Shown: positions 19,362 through 29,659 of the stretch, in pieces
How positions within the stretch are numbered: the first letter of the stretch is position 1
How the letters are laid out: every line of letters starts with the position of its first letter
DNA from: an uncultured Bacillus sp.
GTDB lineage: Bacteria > Bacillota > Bacilli > Bacillales > Cytobacillaceae
Direction: 5' to 3'
Length of the DNA: 43,730 nucleotides
NCBI GenBank assembly: GCA_963524115.1
Contig: CAURFY010000001.1
Location: 1-43,730, forward strand
Translations under genes and position numbers: made by a program
Notes under the pieces: model-generated
The model's database searches: none
What the model saw: the letters and a program-made list of their open reading frames with translations, nothing else
Told to the model about the DNA's origin: nothing

Positions 19362-19433
19362 GTTTTTGTTGAAACTGTAATCACTTTAGATGAACTAAAA
19401 AAAGCTGTAACAATAATAATAGGAGGTAGAAAG

Positions 19434-20405
19434 ATGGTAGGAATTATTATTGCTAGTCACGGTGAATTTGCCACCGGTATCTTGCAATCTGGAGCGATGA
19501 TCTTTGGAGAACAAGAAAATGTAAAAGCTGTTACATTGATGCCGAGCGAAGGACCTGATGATGTAAAGGCAAAAATGGAAGAAGCAATCGCCTCTTTCGA
19601 CAACCAAGACGAAGTATTATTCTTAGTCGATCTTTGGGGTGGAACTCCTTTCAACCAAGCCAACAGTTTGATTGAAGAACACCAAGACAAATGGGCAATC
19701 GTTGCTGGTATGAATTTACCAATGTTGATTGAAGCTTTTGCATCGCGCTTCTCAATGAACACCGCGCATGAAATTGCCGCTCATATTTTGGGCACAGCTA
19801 AAGAAGGGGTTAAGGTAAAACCTGAGGAATTGGAACCAGCAGTACCATCTACTACAGCTGCTGCTATCCCATCAAAAACAGGCACCCTTGGTAAATTTGA
19901 ATACGTGTTAGCACGTATTGATTCTCGTTTACTTCACGGACAAGTAGCGACTGCTTGGACAAAAACTACACAGCCTACACGTATTATCGTTGTATCTGAT
20001 GCTGTAGCTAAGGATGAACTTCGTAAGAAATTGATCCAACAGGCTGCACCTCCAGGTGTAAAGGCTCACGTTGTTCCTGTCAAAAAAATGATCGAACTTG
20101 CAAAAGATGATCAACACTTCGGAGGTCAGCGCGCGTTACTTCTTTTTGAAAACCCGCAAGATGCGCTTAGAGCAGTTGAAGGTGGCGTTCCATTGAAGAC
20201 AATTAACGTTGGTTCTATGGCGCACTCACCTGGTAAAGTTCAACCAAATAAAGTGTTGGCCTTTAACCAAGCTGATATTGATACTTTTAAAAAGTTAAAA
20301 GAACTTGGTTTGAACTTCGATGTACGTAAAGTACCGAACGATTCAAAAGGTGACATGAACGAAATTATCAAGAAGGCTCAAGAAGAGTTAAAAAAACAAA
20401 AATAA
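19434..20405 (+). CDS. manX: Mannose-class PTS EIIAB
   Basis: IIASHG, VDLWGGTPFN and RIDSRLLHGQV motifs. Confidence 0.95.
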   Translation: MVGIIIASHGEFATGILQSGAMIFGEQENVKAVTLMPSEGPDDVKAKMEEAIASFDNQDEVLFLVDLWGGTPFNQANSLIEEHQDKWAIVAGMNLPMLIEAFASRFSMNTAHEIAAHILGTAKEGVKVKPEELEPAVPSTTAAAIPSKTGTLGKFEYVLARIDSRLLHGQVATAWTKTTQPTRIIVVSDAVAKDELRKKLIQQAAPPGVKAHVVPVKKMIELAKDDQHFGGQRALLLFENPQDALRAVEGGVPLKTINVGSMAHSPGKVQPNKVLAFNQADIDTFKKLKELGLNFDVRKVPNDSKGDMNEIIKKAQEELKKQK

Positions 20406-20433
20406 ATCCAGAGAAAAAGGAGGATTAATAAAC

Positions 20434-21240
20434 ATGGATTTGAATGTGATTCAAATAATATTAGTCTTTATCGTAGCATTTTTAGCTGGTATGGAAGGAA
20501 TTTTGGATGAATTCCAATTCCACCAACCACTCGTTGCTTGTACATTAATCGGCTTAGTTACAGGAAACTTAGTACCATGTCTTATCTTAGGTGGTACGCT
20601 TCAACTAATCGCTTTAGGTTGGGCAAATATTGGAGCTGCCGTAGCACCGGATGCTGCGTTAGCATCGGTTGCATCTGCCATTATTTTAGTATTAAGTGGA
20701 CAGGGTAAAGCAGGTGTGGCATCTGCTATTGCGATTGCTGTTCCTCTTGCAGTTGCTGGCCTTTTATTAACAATCATCGTTCGTACTCTTGCAACAGCAA
20801 TCGTACACTTTATGGATGCAGCAGCTCAAGAAGGAAACATTAGAAAAGTAGAATTTTGGCAAATTGCTGCAATTTGCATGCAGGGGTTACGTATTGCCAT
20901 CCCAGCTTTATTAATCGTAGCTGTAGGTGCAGATCCAGTTAGAAACTTACTTACATCTATGCCAGTTTGGTTAACAGATGGTTTAGCAATCGGTGGGGGA
21001 ATGGTCGTAGCTGTTGGTTATGCAATGGTTATTAACATGATGGCTACAAAAGAAGTATGGCCATTCTTTGTGATTGGTTTTGTATTAGCATGTATTTCAC
21101 AAATTACACTTATCGGTCTTGGTGCAATCGGTGTGGCTCTTGCACTTATCTATTTAGCGCTTTCCAAACAAGGCGGTTCAGGTAAAGGCGGAAACTCAAA
21201 CACTGGTGACCCACTAGGCGATATTATCGATAGTTACTAA
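20434..21240 (+). CDS. manY: Mannose-class PTS EIIC
   Basis: QFHQPLVACTLIG and NIGAAVAPD motifs. Confidence 0.95.
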   Translation: MDLNVIQIILVFIVAFLAGMEGILDEFQFHQPLVACTLIGLVTGNLVPCLILGGTLQLIALGWANIGAAVAPDAALASVASAIILVLSGQGKAGVASAIAIAVPLAVAGLLLTIIVRTLATAIVHFMDAAAQEGNIRKVEFWQIAAICMQGLRIAIPALLIVAVGADPVRNLLTSMPVWLTDGLAIGGGMVVAVGYAMVINMMATKEVWPFFVIGFVLACISQITLIGLGAIGVALALIYLALSKQGGSGKGGNSNTGDPLGDIIDSY

Positions 21241-21258
21241 GAAGGAGGGGACATAAAA

Positions 21259-22170
21259 ATGGCAAATGAATTGAGATTAACTAAAAAAGATCGTATTTCT
21301 GTTTGGTGGCGTTCCACTTTCCTTCAAGGTTCTTGGAACTATGAACGTATGCAAAACGGTGGCTGGGCCTATACGATGATTCCCGCAATTAAACGATTAT
21401 ATAATACTAAAGAAGAGCGTACTGCTGCACTAAAGCGTCATTTAGAGTTCTTTAATACTCACCCATATGTAGCCTCACCTATTATTGGGGTAACTTTAGC
21501 TCTTGAAGAAGAACGTGCAAATGGTGCGCCGGTTGACGACACAGCCATTCAAGGGGTTAAAGTCGGTATGATGGGGCCTTTAGCAGGTATCGGCGACCCA
21601 GTTTTCTGGTTCACGGTTAGACCAATCCTAGGTGCGTTAGGCGCTTCTCTTGCTCTGACCGGTAACATCCTTGGTCCAATAATTTTCTTCGTTTTATGGA
21701 ATCTCATTCGTATGGGCTTCACATGGTATACGCAAGAATTTGGTTACAAAGCTGGTTCTAAAATTACGGACGACTTATCTGGCGGATTACTTCAAGATAT
21801 TACGAAAGGTGCATCCATCCTTGGTATGTTCATCCTTGGTTCACTCGTTAACCGTTGGGTATCGGTAAGATTCGCGCCAGTTGTATCCGAAGTTAAACTT
21901 TCCAAAGGTGCTTATATTGACTGGAATAATTTGCCTGCTGGAGCGCAAGGAATTAAAGCTGCGTTGCAACAGCAAGCTGGCGGCCTTTCATTAGAACCTG
22001 TTAAAGTAACTACTTTACAAGGTAACTTGGATAGCTTAATTCCTGGTTTTGCAGGATTACTAATCACATTCCTTTGCATGTGGCTGCTTAAGAAAAAGGT
22101 TTCTCCAATCGTTATGATTCTTGGGTTGTTTGTGGTTGGTATTGTCTTCCACTTATTAAAATTAATGTAA
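21259..22170 (+). CDS. manZ: Mannose-class PTS EIID
   Basis: WNYERMQ, FFNTHP and MGPLAGIGD motifs. Confidence 0.95.
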   Translation: MANELRLTKKDRISVWWRSTFLQGSWNYERMQNGGWAYTMIPAIKRLYNTKEERTAALKRHLEFFNTHPYVASPIIGVTLALEEERANGAPVDDTAIQGVKVGMMGPLAGIGDPVFWFTVRPILGALGASLALTGNILGPIIFFVLWNLIRMGFTWYTQEFGYKAGSKITDDLSGGLLQDITKGASILGMFILGSLVNRWVSVRFAPVVSEVKLSKGAYIDWNNLPAGAQGIKAALQQQAGGLSLEPVKVTTLQGNLDSLIPGFAGLLITFLCMWLLKKKVSPIVMILGLFVVGIVFHLLKLM

Positions 22171-22183
22171 TAACAAACAATTC

Positions 22184-22222
22184 AAAGCACCTCCTGGTAA
22201 ATCCTATCAGGAGGTGCTTTTC
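22184..22222. terminator. Bidirectional terminator
   Basis: AAAGCACCTCCTG...CAGGAGGTGCTTT. Confidence 0.85.
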
Positions 22223-22249
22223 ACTTTTCATATGCCTTTAGTAAATATA

Positions 22250-23023
22250 TTATGTTATAATTCCTTCTTCTAAGTTTCTCCATAAGTGGTGGGCTTCCCT
22301 TGCTATATGTTCTAATAAATCTGGTGGCGATGTTGTAGCGATTGCACACTTTTTAATTAAGTCGTCTAGTTCTAATTTAAATTCTTCTAGGCTTTTGGCT
22401 TCTTTAATAATCGTTTGCTTGAAATGTTCTAATACAGGTAGCATTTCATTGCGAGGTTTGCGTATCATTGTTTTCAATGCAGTTGCCTGCATTAATAGCC
22501 GCTCAAATTTTTGCATCATATTTGTTACTTGATAGTTCACGTCATAATTCGATATATCTGAATAATGACGTATATAACCAAGATGGTCTGCCATTTGTCT
22601 TAACCAAAAGACGGTTTCATGTATGGTAGCATCTGCAGGTGTAACTTGACCACCACTTTGCATTAATCTAAAGACCTTTTGGGACTCTTCCGCTTCTCGT
22701 ACCATGTGGTCAAGAAGTGAAACCGGTGTTGAAATAATCACTTCACAATGTAACGATTTATCCATTGTATAAGTGAGCAGACTGTGAAATTCGTGTGTAG
22801 CATGTTGGGCTTCATTTATCAAACTGCCAAGATCCCCTTGTTTCGCCTCTGCCTTTTTCCATATTACTTCCAAGCGCTGAATATTATTCTGGTTTGCACG
22901 TGCCAGTTCTACTTCGTAGTGGCTTATTTCTCTATCAAAAAATCGACCATGGTCATAATCGTTCCTCAACCAAAAAGCAATGATTCCATAAGCATCTCTT
23001 TCATAGTTATCCGTATAACCCAT
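22250..23023 (-). CDS. DUF2935 domain protein
   Basis: Duplicated FWL...DH and (D/E)H..REA motifs; GGAG RBS before ATG 23023. Confidence 0.75.
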   Translation of the reverse strand: MGYTDNYERDAYGIIAFWLRNDYDHGRFFDREISHYEVELARANQNNIQRLEVIWKKAEAKQGDLGSLINEAQHATHEFHSLLTYTMDKSLHCEVIISTPVSLLDHMVREAEESQKVFRLMQSGGQVTPADATIHETVFWLRQMADHLGYIRHYSDISNYDVNYQVTNMMQKFERLLMQATALKTMIRKPRNEMLPVLEHFKQTIIKEAKSLEEFKLELDDLIKKCAIATTSPPDLLEHIAREAHHLWRNLEEGIIT

Positions 23024-23280
23024 AGTCTTCACTCCATTCTTATTAGTAATCACTTGCCTTTTCTAATTAGCTAAAATAAATCAATATTTTCTGAGCCCTT
23101 TGGACCACAGACCTCAACCTCTTTTGATATCGGTCTGCATTAAATGTATTATATTCGCATTGTTCGTTCTATATGATAAGCTTTCTAAATAAAAAGCAGC
23201 TTTCCATTTGGTATGTTACAAAAGATGTGGAAATTTCTCGTCAAGCGATAATAAATGATGTCCAAAAGGAGGAATTTTAA

Positions 23281-23844
23281 ATGGATATGATTGAAAGGGC
23301 CATTATTTTTGCAGCAAAAGCACATAAAAATCAAACCAGAAAAGGAACGGATATACCCTACATCACACACACCTTTGCTGTAGGAATGCTTTTGCAAAAG
23401 GAAAAATGTTCAGAAGAAGTTATCGCTGCGGGAATCTTACACGACACACTTGAGGATACTGAAACAACTTTCAAGGATTTGACAGAAGCGTTTGGCGTTC
23501 GTGTAGCAAACCTCGTTCTGGCGGCATCTGAAAATGACAAGAGCCTGCCATGGACAGTAAGAAAACAACATACCATTGAAATGTTAAAAGATGCATCCCT
23601 AGAAGAGATTCAAGTCATTGTTGCTGACAAATTGCATAATTTAAAATCAATCCGAACTGACATCAATTTATATGGGGATATCATATGGCAACGTTTTAAT
23701 CGTGGTAAATGTGATCAGCACTGGTATTACGCTAGTATTGTGAAAGCTTTATCTCCTAGAAAGAAAGAGTTCAAAATGATTTGCGAATTGGAAGGAGAAG
23801 TAAAAGGGATTTTCGGCTCTTTAGATATTCTTTCAGAACACTAA
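23281..23844 (+). CDS. Stand-alone HD-domain protein, small alarmone hydrolase/Mesh1-like
   Basis: AH..Q.RK...PYITH, LHDTLED and ADKLHN motifs. Confidence 0.85.
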   Translation: MDMIERAIIFAAKAHKNQTRKGTDIPYITHTFAVGMLLQKEKCSEEVIAAGILHDTLEDTETTFKDLTEAFGVRVANLVLAASENDKSLPWTVRKQHTIEMLKDASLEEIQVIVADKLHNLKSIRTDINLYGDIIWQRFNRGKCDQHWYYASIVKALSPRKKEFKMICELEGEVKGIFGSLDILSEH

Positions 23845-24005
23845 CTAAGTTCCTGTTTATGTCATGTGTAAAAGATTAAAAAGGAATGAGAAATTTTGTG
23901 AAACTTGTATAAGTTTCTATTCTATTCATAATAATGAAGAGGAATTATATACAGCTTTGGTGAATGATAGAATAGTTCAACTCTTTTTAAAAATAGGAGG
24001 TAATC

Positions 24006-24401
24006 ATGGGAAGACTAATTCATTTCGAAATTCATGTGGATGACATGGAGCGGGCGAAGAAGTTTTATGGTGAAGTTTTTGGTTGGTCATTTGAAGATTG
24101 GACTGATTATGCTGGAATGCCTTACTTTGGAGCTGTGACGGGCGATGAAAAGGAAATGGGAATCAATGGTGCCCTGATGCAACGTCAAAGTGCTCCACCA
24201 GAACCCAATCAAGCTGTAAATGGTTATGCCTGTACGATGGGAGTTGGAGATTACGATTCAGCGGAGAAGAAAATTCTTCAAAACGGGGGCAAAGTAGCCA
24301 TGCCGAAATACGCACTCCCTGGTATGGCGTGGCAGGGGTACTATATAGATACCGAAGGAAATGTATTTGGAATTCACCAACCAGATGAAAATGCAAAATA
24401 G
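24006..24401 (+). CDS. VOC/glyoxalase family protein
   Basis: HFEIHVDD..RA..FY..VFGW and DTEGNVFG motifs. Confidence 0.9.
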   Translation: MGRLIHFEIHVDDMERAKKFYGEVFGWSFEDWTDYAGMPYFGAVTGDEKEMGINGALMQRQSAPPEPNQAVNGYACTMGVGDYDSAEKKILQNGGKVAMPKYALPGMAWQGYYIDTEGNVFGIHQPDENAK

Positions 24402-24544
24402 GATTCTTTTACTAAACTCTAAAAATTAATTCTATAAAAAGGGTAGACCCAGCTCTGAGTGATGTTCAAAGCTGGGGATTCTTTTTATTTGGTGAAAATT
24501 TTTCATCTTTGTCTAATTAGGTATTAATCTTTAACATCAACATC

Positions 24545-26032
24545 TCAATTTTCCTCTGTGGCAGGATTATACTTTTTTCTCTCATCACCTTGTTTCACCT
24601 GTTGCGTTAAGGCCTTTTTCGTTGGCATGAAGAGCGTCACAATGAAGGCGATGATCCCTAATATTGCGATAAACATATAAGCCTCACTTGTCCCATGGAT
24701 CGATGCCTGCATGGTAAGCTGAGCTTTGGACGTCACACTGCCAGATTTTATCAAATCGGTAGCATAGTTGGTGCTGCTTGTTGTCATAATCGTAACAACC
24801 AATGCTGTTCCGATCGCCCCGGCAACTTGGCGAACGGTGTTTGTAACGGCTGAACCGTGTGCATTGAGCTGGTTTGGAAGTGCATTCAGTCCAGCAGTTG
24901 TGATTGGCATTGTCAGTAAGGAGATCCCCACTCGCAAGACGATGGTTCGAATCATTAAATAGCTATAAGTTGTTGTCTCAGTCAAATCAGTCACGCCCCA
25001 AATGGCCGCAATCGTTAAAATTAAACCAATTAGAGCAAGCGGTTTTGCACCGAATTTATCAAACAATCGGCCAGATAAGGGGGACATTACCGCATTTAAT
25101 AATGCACCTGGCAGCAAAAGTAAGCCTGTGTCAAGGACGGAAAAACCTCGGCTTGCTTGTAAGTAAATAGGCAGTAATATCATATCTGCATACATGATCA
25201 TCGTCATAAATGTATTAATAATGGCGGTCATCGTGAACATTTTGTCCTTGAAGACTCTTAGATTAAGCAAAGGCTCACTTGAAGCAAGCTGGCGCAAACA
25301 GAAAAAGATAAGGAATATTACTCCGCCAACCAAATAAGTCAACACTACAGCACTTCCCCATCCGTGTTTACCTGCGCTACTAAACCAATAAAGTAAACCG
25401 ACAAACCCTACGGTTGAAAGAATAACACTAGTGATATCGAGTTTTGGCTTGGATGTTTCCGCCACATTTCCTAGGTATTTAAATGATAAAGCAATGACGA
25501 TGACAGCAATTGGAAACATTCCGATAAAAATCCAGCGCCATGAAAAATGTTCAATAACGAGCCCCGCCAAGGTTGGACCTATTGCAGGTGCGAATATCAT
25601 GACAAGACCAATCATTCCCATTGCCGTTCCACGGCCTTCCTCAGGAAACACCACGAGGACAACCATCATTAATAGAGGCATAATAATACCGGCACCCGCT
25701 GCTTGAATCATTCGGCCTATTAATAGAAAAGAAAAGCTTGGAGCCATCGCGTTGATGAACGTACCAACTAACAACAATAACATGGAACTAATGAAGAGCT
25801 GTCTAGTCGTAAAACGTTTCATTAAAAAGGCAGTCACTGGGACTAAAATACCATTCACTAACATAAAGCCTGTTGACAGCCATTGAATCGTTGTAGCAGA
25901 AACCTCAAATTCTTTCATTAAATCAGGTAAAGCAACATTTAGTATCGTTTGATTCAGGACAGATAGAAATGATCCCAAGAGTAAGATGAAGAGAAGGATC
26001 CCTTTTTTCTTTTTTTGATCCTGTTGATTCAT
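24545..26032 (-). CDS. DHA2 (EmrB/LmrB-like) MFS efflux pump
   Basis: LNQTILNVALP, GRMIQAAGAG, APAIGPTL and WRWIF motifs. Confidence 0.92.
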   Translation of the reverse strand: MNQQDQKKKKGILLFILLLGSFLSVLNQTILNVALPDLMKEFEVSATTIQWLSTGFMLVNGILVPVTAFLMKRFTTRQLFISSMLLLLVGTFINAMAPSFSFLLIGRMIQAAGAGIIMPLLMMVVLVVFPEEGRGTAMGMIGLVMIFAPAIGPTLAGLVIEHFSWRWIFIGMFPIAVIVIALSFKYLGNVAETSKPKLDITSVILSTVGFVGLLYWFSSAGKHGWGSAVVLTYLVGGVIFLIFFCLRQLASSEPLLNLRVFKDKMFTMTAIINTFMTMIMYADMILLPIYLQASRGFSVLDTGLLLLPGALLNAVMSPLSGRLFDKFGAKPLALIGLILTIAAIWGVTDLTETTTYSYLMIRTIVLRVGISLLTMPITTAGLNALPNQLNAHGSAVTNTVRQVAGAIGTALVVTIMTTSSTNYATDLIKSGSVTSKAQLTMQASIHGTSEAYMFIAILGIIAFIVTLFMPTKKALTQQVKQGDERKKYNPATEEN

Positions 26033-26222
26033 GATTTATTTCACATTCCTTTCATTTTTTAGAAAATTGACAGTTAGTCTATTAATTGATAATGTGTCAA
26101 TAAATACTAACATAAGAAATGTGGAAATAGCCATTTACACTTTCTTGATAAATGTAAACTAATTGACATTTTGTTAAGTAAATGTTGAAAAAGTAAAAGA
26201 TATTAGACGGAAGGTTGATAAG

Positions 26223-26777
26223 ATGTCTGGCAAAGAGAAGAAAATAGACCCCAGAATTAGGCGGACGAAGAGAATGTTTACTGAAGCACTCATCGTATTA
26301 ATTCAGGAAAACGGTGATAAAAGCAAATTGACTGTCCAGAATATTGCCGATCGAGCTGAATTAAATCGTGCGACATTCTACTTACATTATCAAGATATTG
26401 ATGATCTAATGGAGCAAATGATTAATGAAATCCTTGATGAGTTAAATAAAACAATGAAAATTTCAACTGAGGATCAGCCGTCATCGAGTGGAACATCATC
26501 ACCCCAGGGCCCGCTTATTTCTTTTCTTGAGCATTTTTATCGAAATGCAGGTCTCTACAAGGTAATGCTAGAGAACAAGGATTTTCGAAAAAGGGTGTTT
26601 GATCTTTTGTTAGATATTGTTATCTTTTGGTCTGAAAATCGAAAAGGTCCGTCTTTCATTGTACCAAATGAGATAATTTCTTCGTCAACCTTGGGAATTA
26701 TATCTTGGTGGTTAGAGGAGGGGACACCATATAGTCCAATCTACCTAGCAAATCAAATCAGGGAAATATACAAATAA
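26223..26777 (+). CDS. TetR/AcrR family regulator, divergent from efflux pump
   Basis: DPRIRRT...TVQNIADRAELNRATFYLHY. Confidence 0.92.
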   Translation: MSGKEKKIDPRIRRTKRMFTEALIVLIQENGDKSKLTVQNIADRAELNRATFYLHYQDIDDLMEQMINEILDELNKTMKISTEDQPSSSGTSSPQGPLISFLEHFYRNAGLYKVMLENKDFRKRVFDLLLDIVIFWSENRKGPSFIVPNEIISSSTLGIISWWLEEGTPYSPIYLANQIREIYK

Positions 26778-26795
26778 CCGTTTTTTTTAATATTA

Positions 26796-27068
26796 GCTCT
26801 ATTATAGCTGAATGTTGATTTTTATTTGTTTGAAAAATAGCGGTAGAAATTCCGCTTAAATTGGGAAATACCCATATTTCCATAAAAATAAGGGGAGTTT
26901 TTCCGGTTATGTTATCCGAATCTTTGAATTTTTTCCTATTTAGAGTTAATAGTCGGAATATCTCCGCTTAGTTCGGCTTTTTAAGCTTCCTTTTGTACAT
27001 TAGCCGGAAATTCTCCGCCTATGAATTCTTATACCTACACGAAAATCAACAATGAAAAATAACAGAGC
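26796..27068. repeat. MITE-like intergenic element with bipartite terminal inverted repeats and four internal palindromes
   Basis: GCTCTATTA-N8-TGTTGATTTT ... AAAATCAACA-N8-TAACAGAGC; internal CGG/GGG...TCCG units. Confidence 0.7.
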
Positions 27069-27594
27069 CAAAATATTAAATGGAGAGAGATCAAATAGTC
27101 TGGCATCTATTGTACTAGATTAGAGTGATGGCTCTCCTATTTATTTTGCAGGATTTTCAACTTGTGTTTACTCAATGTATGTTATTCCCCTTTTTAATTT
27201 CTACAAAAATATGTTATTCCCTCACGAAGTGTATTATATCTAAATAACAAATATATGATATTTAACATATGAAAGATTGGTACGAATTGCTATTTCAGTG
27301 AATATTTCAATCCTTCAAACTTTTAGTAAAGTGAATATTAATATTGTAATATATCTAAAAATTCATTATAATACTAGACAAGGACAAGTGTATATCTGGG
27401 GTGGAATTAAAGGCAAACGGCAATCTACCGAATAAAAAAACGAATCTCCAATTCTGTTAACGCTGCTATTGAACGAAACTTCTCGAGCAAAACTTTTTTA
27501 CTAGTGCCAAAGGAGAAATCGTTAGGATAAAGTCAGAAAGTGGGAATATGGATCAGAGTGAATAAAAGTAATCAAATTTGTGGGGGAACGCTAA

Positions 27595-28833
27595 ATGAAA
27601 GAACTGTTGAATAAGTGGAATCAAGTGAGTTTGGTAAAACAAATAATTGTAGGGTTAATTATAGGTATTATCCTTGCAGTAACCATGCCAGATGCAGCAA
27701 AACCTGCTGTAATTTTAGGCTCTTTATTTGTAGGAGCTTTGAAGGCAATTGCCCCTATGTTAGTTTTGTTTTTGGTTATGTCGGCGATCGCGCAACATAA
27801 AACTGGTCAGAAAACGAATATGTCTACGATCATTGTCCTTTATCTATTAGGAACCTTTTTAGCTGGCCTAGTAGCGGTTATTGTAAGCTTCATGTTTCCT
27901 GTAAGCTTAACACTTGGATCAGGCGCTGAAGGTGTGGCGGCTCCAAGCGGGGTTGTAGAGGTTCTCAAAACATTATTGCTAAACGTTGTCGATAATCCTG
28001 CTAAAGCTATTTATAATGCTAACTATATAGGTATTTTAGCTTGGGCAGTGATCCTTGGTTTTCCTCTAAAAAATGCTTCCGATACGACAAAAACGATGAT
28101 TTCTAATTTTTCAGATGCTGTATCTAAAATGGTTACCTGGGTGATTAGATTTGCCCCATTAGGAATTATGGGTTTGGTATTTGATTCGATTACGACAAAT
28201 GGAATTGAGTCTTTACTGAGTTATGGAAAATTACTTGCCGTTTTAATTGGATGTATGCTCTTTGTCGCACTGGTAGTCAATCCAATTATTGTGTTCGTAA
28301 CTATCCGCCAAAATCCATTCCCACTTGTATTCAAGTGTATAAGAGAAAGCGGTATAACAGCCTTCTTTACCCGAAGTTCGGCTGCAAATATTCCAGTAAA
28401 CATGAGATTATGTGAAAAATTAGGTTTGAATAAAGATGCATATTCAGTTTCGATTCCTTTAGGTGCAACCATTAATATGGCGGGTGCTGCGGTTACAATT
28501 TCTGTCTTGACCCTTGCTGCGGTTCATACATTAGGTATTCACGTGGACATCCCAACTGCGATAATTCTCAGCGTCCTTTCAGCTGTATGTGCTTGCGGTG
28601 CTTCAGGGGTAGCAGGTGGTTCACTATTACTGATTCCACTAGCATGTAGCTTATTCGGAATCCCAGATGATGTAGCGATGAAGGTGGTCGGTGTCGGCTT
28701 TATCATCGGTGTTTTACAAGACTCTTTTGAAACAGCGCTTAACTCATCCACTGACGTACTTTTCACGGCAGCAGCTGAATTCAAAGAATGGCGTAAGAAA
28801 GGTAAAAAAATAGATATCCAAAAGGCAGCGTAA
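27595..28833 (+). CDS. sstT: Serine/threonine transporter SstT (DAACS family)
   Basis: [24 protein letters not shown] and [14 protein letters not shown] motifs. Confidence 0.95.
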   Translation: MKELLNKWNQVSLVKQIIVGLIIGIILAVTMPDAAKPAVILGSLFVGALKAIAPMLVLFLVMSAIAQHKTGQKTNMSTIIVLYLLGTFLAGLVAVIVSFMFPVSLTLGSGAEGVAAPSGVVEVLKTLLLNVVDNPAKAIYNANYIGILAWAVILGFPLKNASDTTKTMISNFSDAVSKMVTWVIRFAPLGIMGLVFDSITTNGIESLLSYGKLLAVLIGCMLFVALVVNPIIVFVTIRQNPFPLVFKCIRESGITAFFTRSSAANIPVNMRLCEKLGLNKDAYSVSIPLGATINMAGAAVTISVLTLAAVHTLGIHVDIPTAIILSVLSAVCACGASGVAGGSLLLIPLACSLFGIPDDVAMKVVGVGFIIGVLQDSFETALNSSTDVLFTAAAEFKEWRKKGKKIDIQKAA

Positions 28834-28862
28834 TGGAGAAAGTACCTTAATTGCGATTATAT

Positions 28863-28904
28863 TGCACCCCAATTGTTAGATTTGACAAACAGTTGGAGGT
28901 GCAG
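28863..28904. repeat. Hairpin resembling fused IS3/IS150-type termini, acting as sstT terminator
   Basis: TGCACCCCAATTGTTAGA...AACAGTTGGAGGTGCAG plus T-run. Confidence 0.5.
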
Positions 28905-29055
28905 TTTTTTTATTTTAGGTTAAACTATGTAACATGTCTTTAAAGTGATAAACTATTGACTTGATGAACATTACTTAAAACGGATGGGTTTTTGTTTTGT
29001 TGGCAAATTAGCCATTAACTGCTGTGCAAAAGTCAATATTATAGGAGGTCAAAAG

Positions 29056-29580
29056 ATGGGTATGGATAATAATGATATATTAATCAGATTAAGATATGCA
29101 CTCGATATAAAAAACATAGATATGGTAGAGATTTTTCACCTTGGTGGCATTGAAGTAACCAAAGAAGATGTGCTTAAGATGCTCATTAAATCAAAGGACA
29201 ATTACCAAAATGAAGTTGGCGATGATATAGATGAAGAAGAGAATAAAAAATGCAATAATTTCATGTTTGAGTCTTTTTTAAATGGACTTATCATTTTTAA
29301 AAGAGGGAAACAGGATTCAAAACCAGGTCAACCTGAAAGACCAGCAATGTCCATCAAGGATCATGGAAGTGTTAATAATGTATTGCTAAAGAAATTGAAG
29401 ATAGCTTTAGAATTAACAAGTGAGGACATGCTTGAAATATTAGCGGAAACAGGAGTCATCGTAACAAAAGGAGAATTAAGTGCAATTTTAAGAAAAGAAG
29501 GACATAAGAATTATAAAGAGTGCGGAGATAGGTACGCTAGGAACTTCTTAAAGGGATTAGCGATTAAATATAGGAAATAA
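29056..29580 (+). CDS. DUF1456 (YehS-like) protein
   Basis: MDNNDILIRLRYAL, NNVLLKKLKIAL and YKECGDRYARNFLKGL motifs. Confidence 0.9.
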   Translation: MGMDNNDILIRLRYALDIKNIDMVEIFHLGGIEVTKEDVLKMLIKSKDNYQNEVGDDIDEEENKKCNNFMFESFLNGLIIFKRGKQDSKPGQPERPAMSIKDHGSVNNVLLKKLKIALELTSEDMLEILAETGVIVTKGELSAILRKEGHKNYKECGDRYARNFLKGLAIKYRK

Positions 29581-29659
29581 TGGACAATCAAAGCAATTAA
29601 CAATTGGAATTTCCTCGCGTCATAAAATATACATAACTAAATTAGCCCAGAGTACTTAT

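Noticed and set aside
26830..27030. Four spaced palindromes as a CRISPR array
   Set aside because: Repeats are too divergent, are enclosed by terminal inverted repeats, and have no cas genes nearby
27380..27560. Riboswitch or T-box upstream of sstT (GGCAAAC seen)
   Set aside because: No second c-di-GMP stem, no T-box TGGNACC motif and no clear terminator
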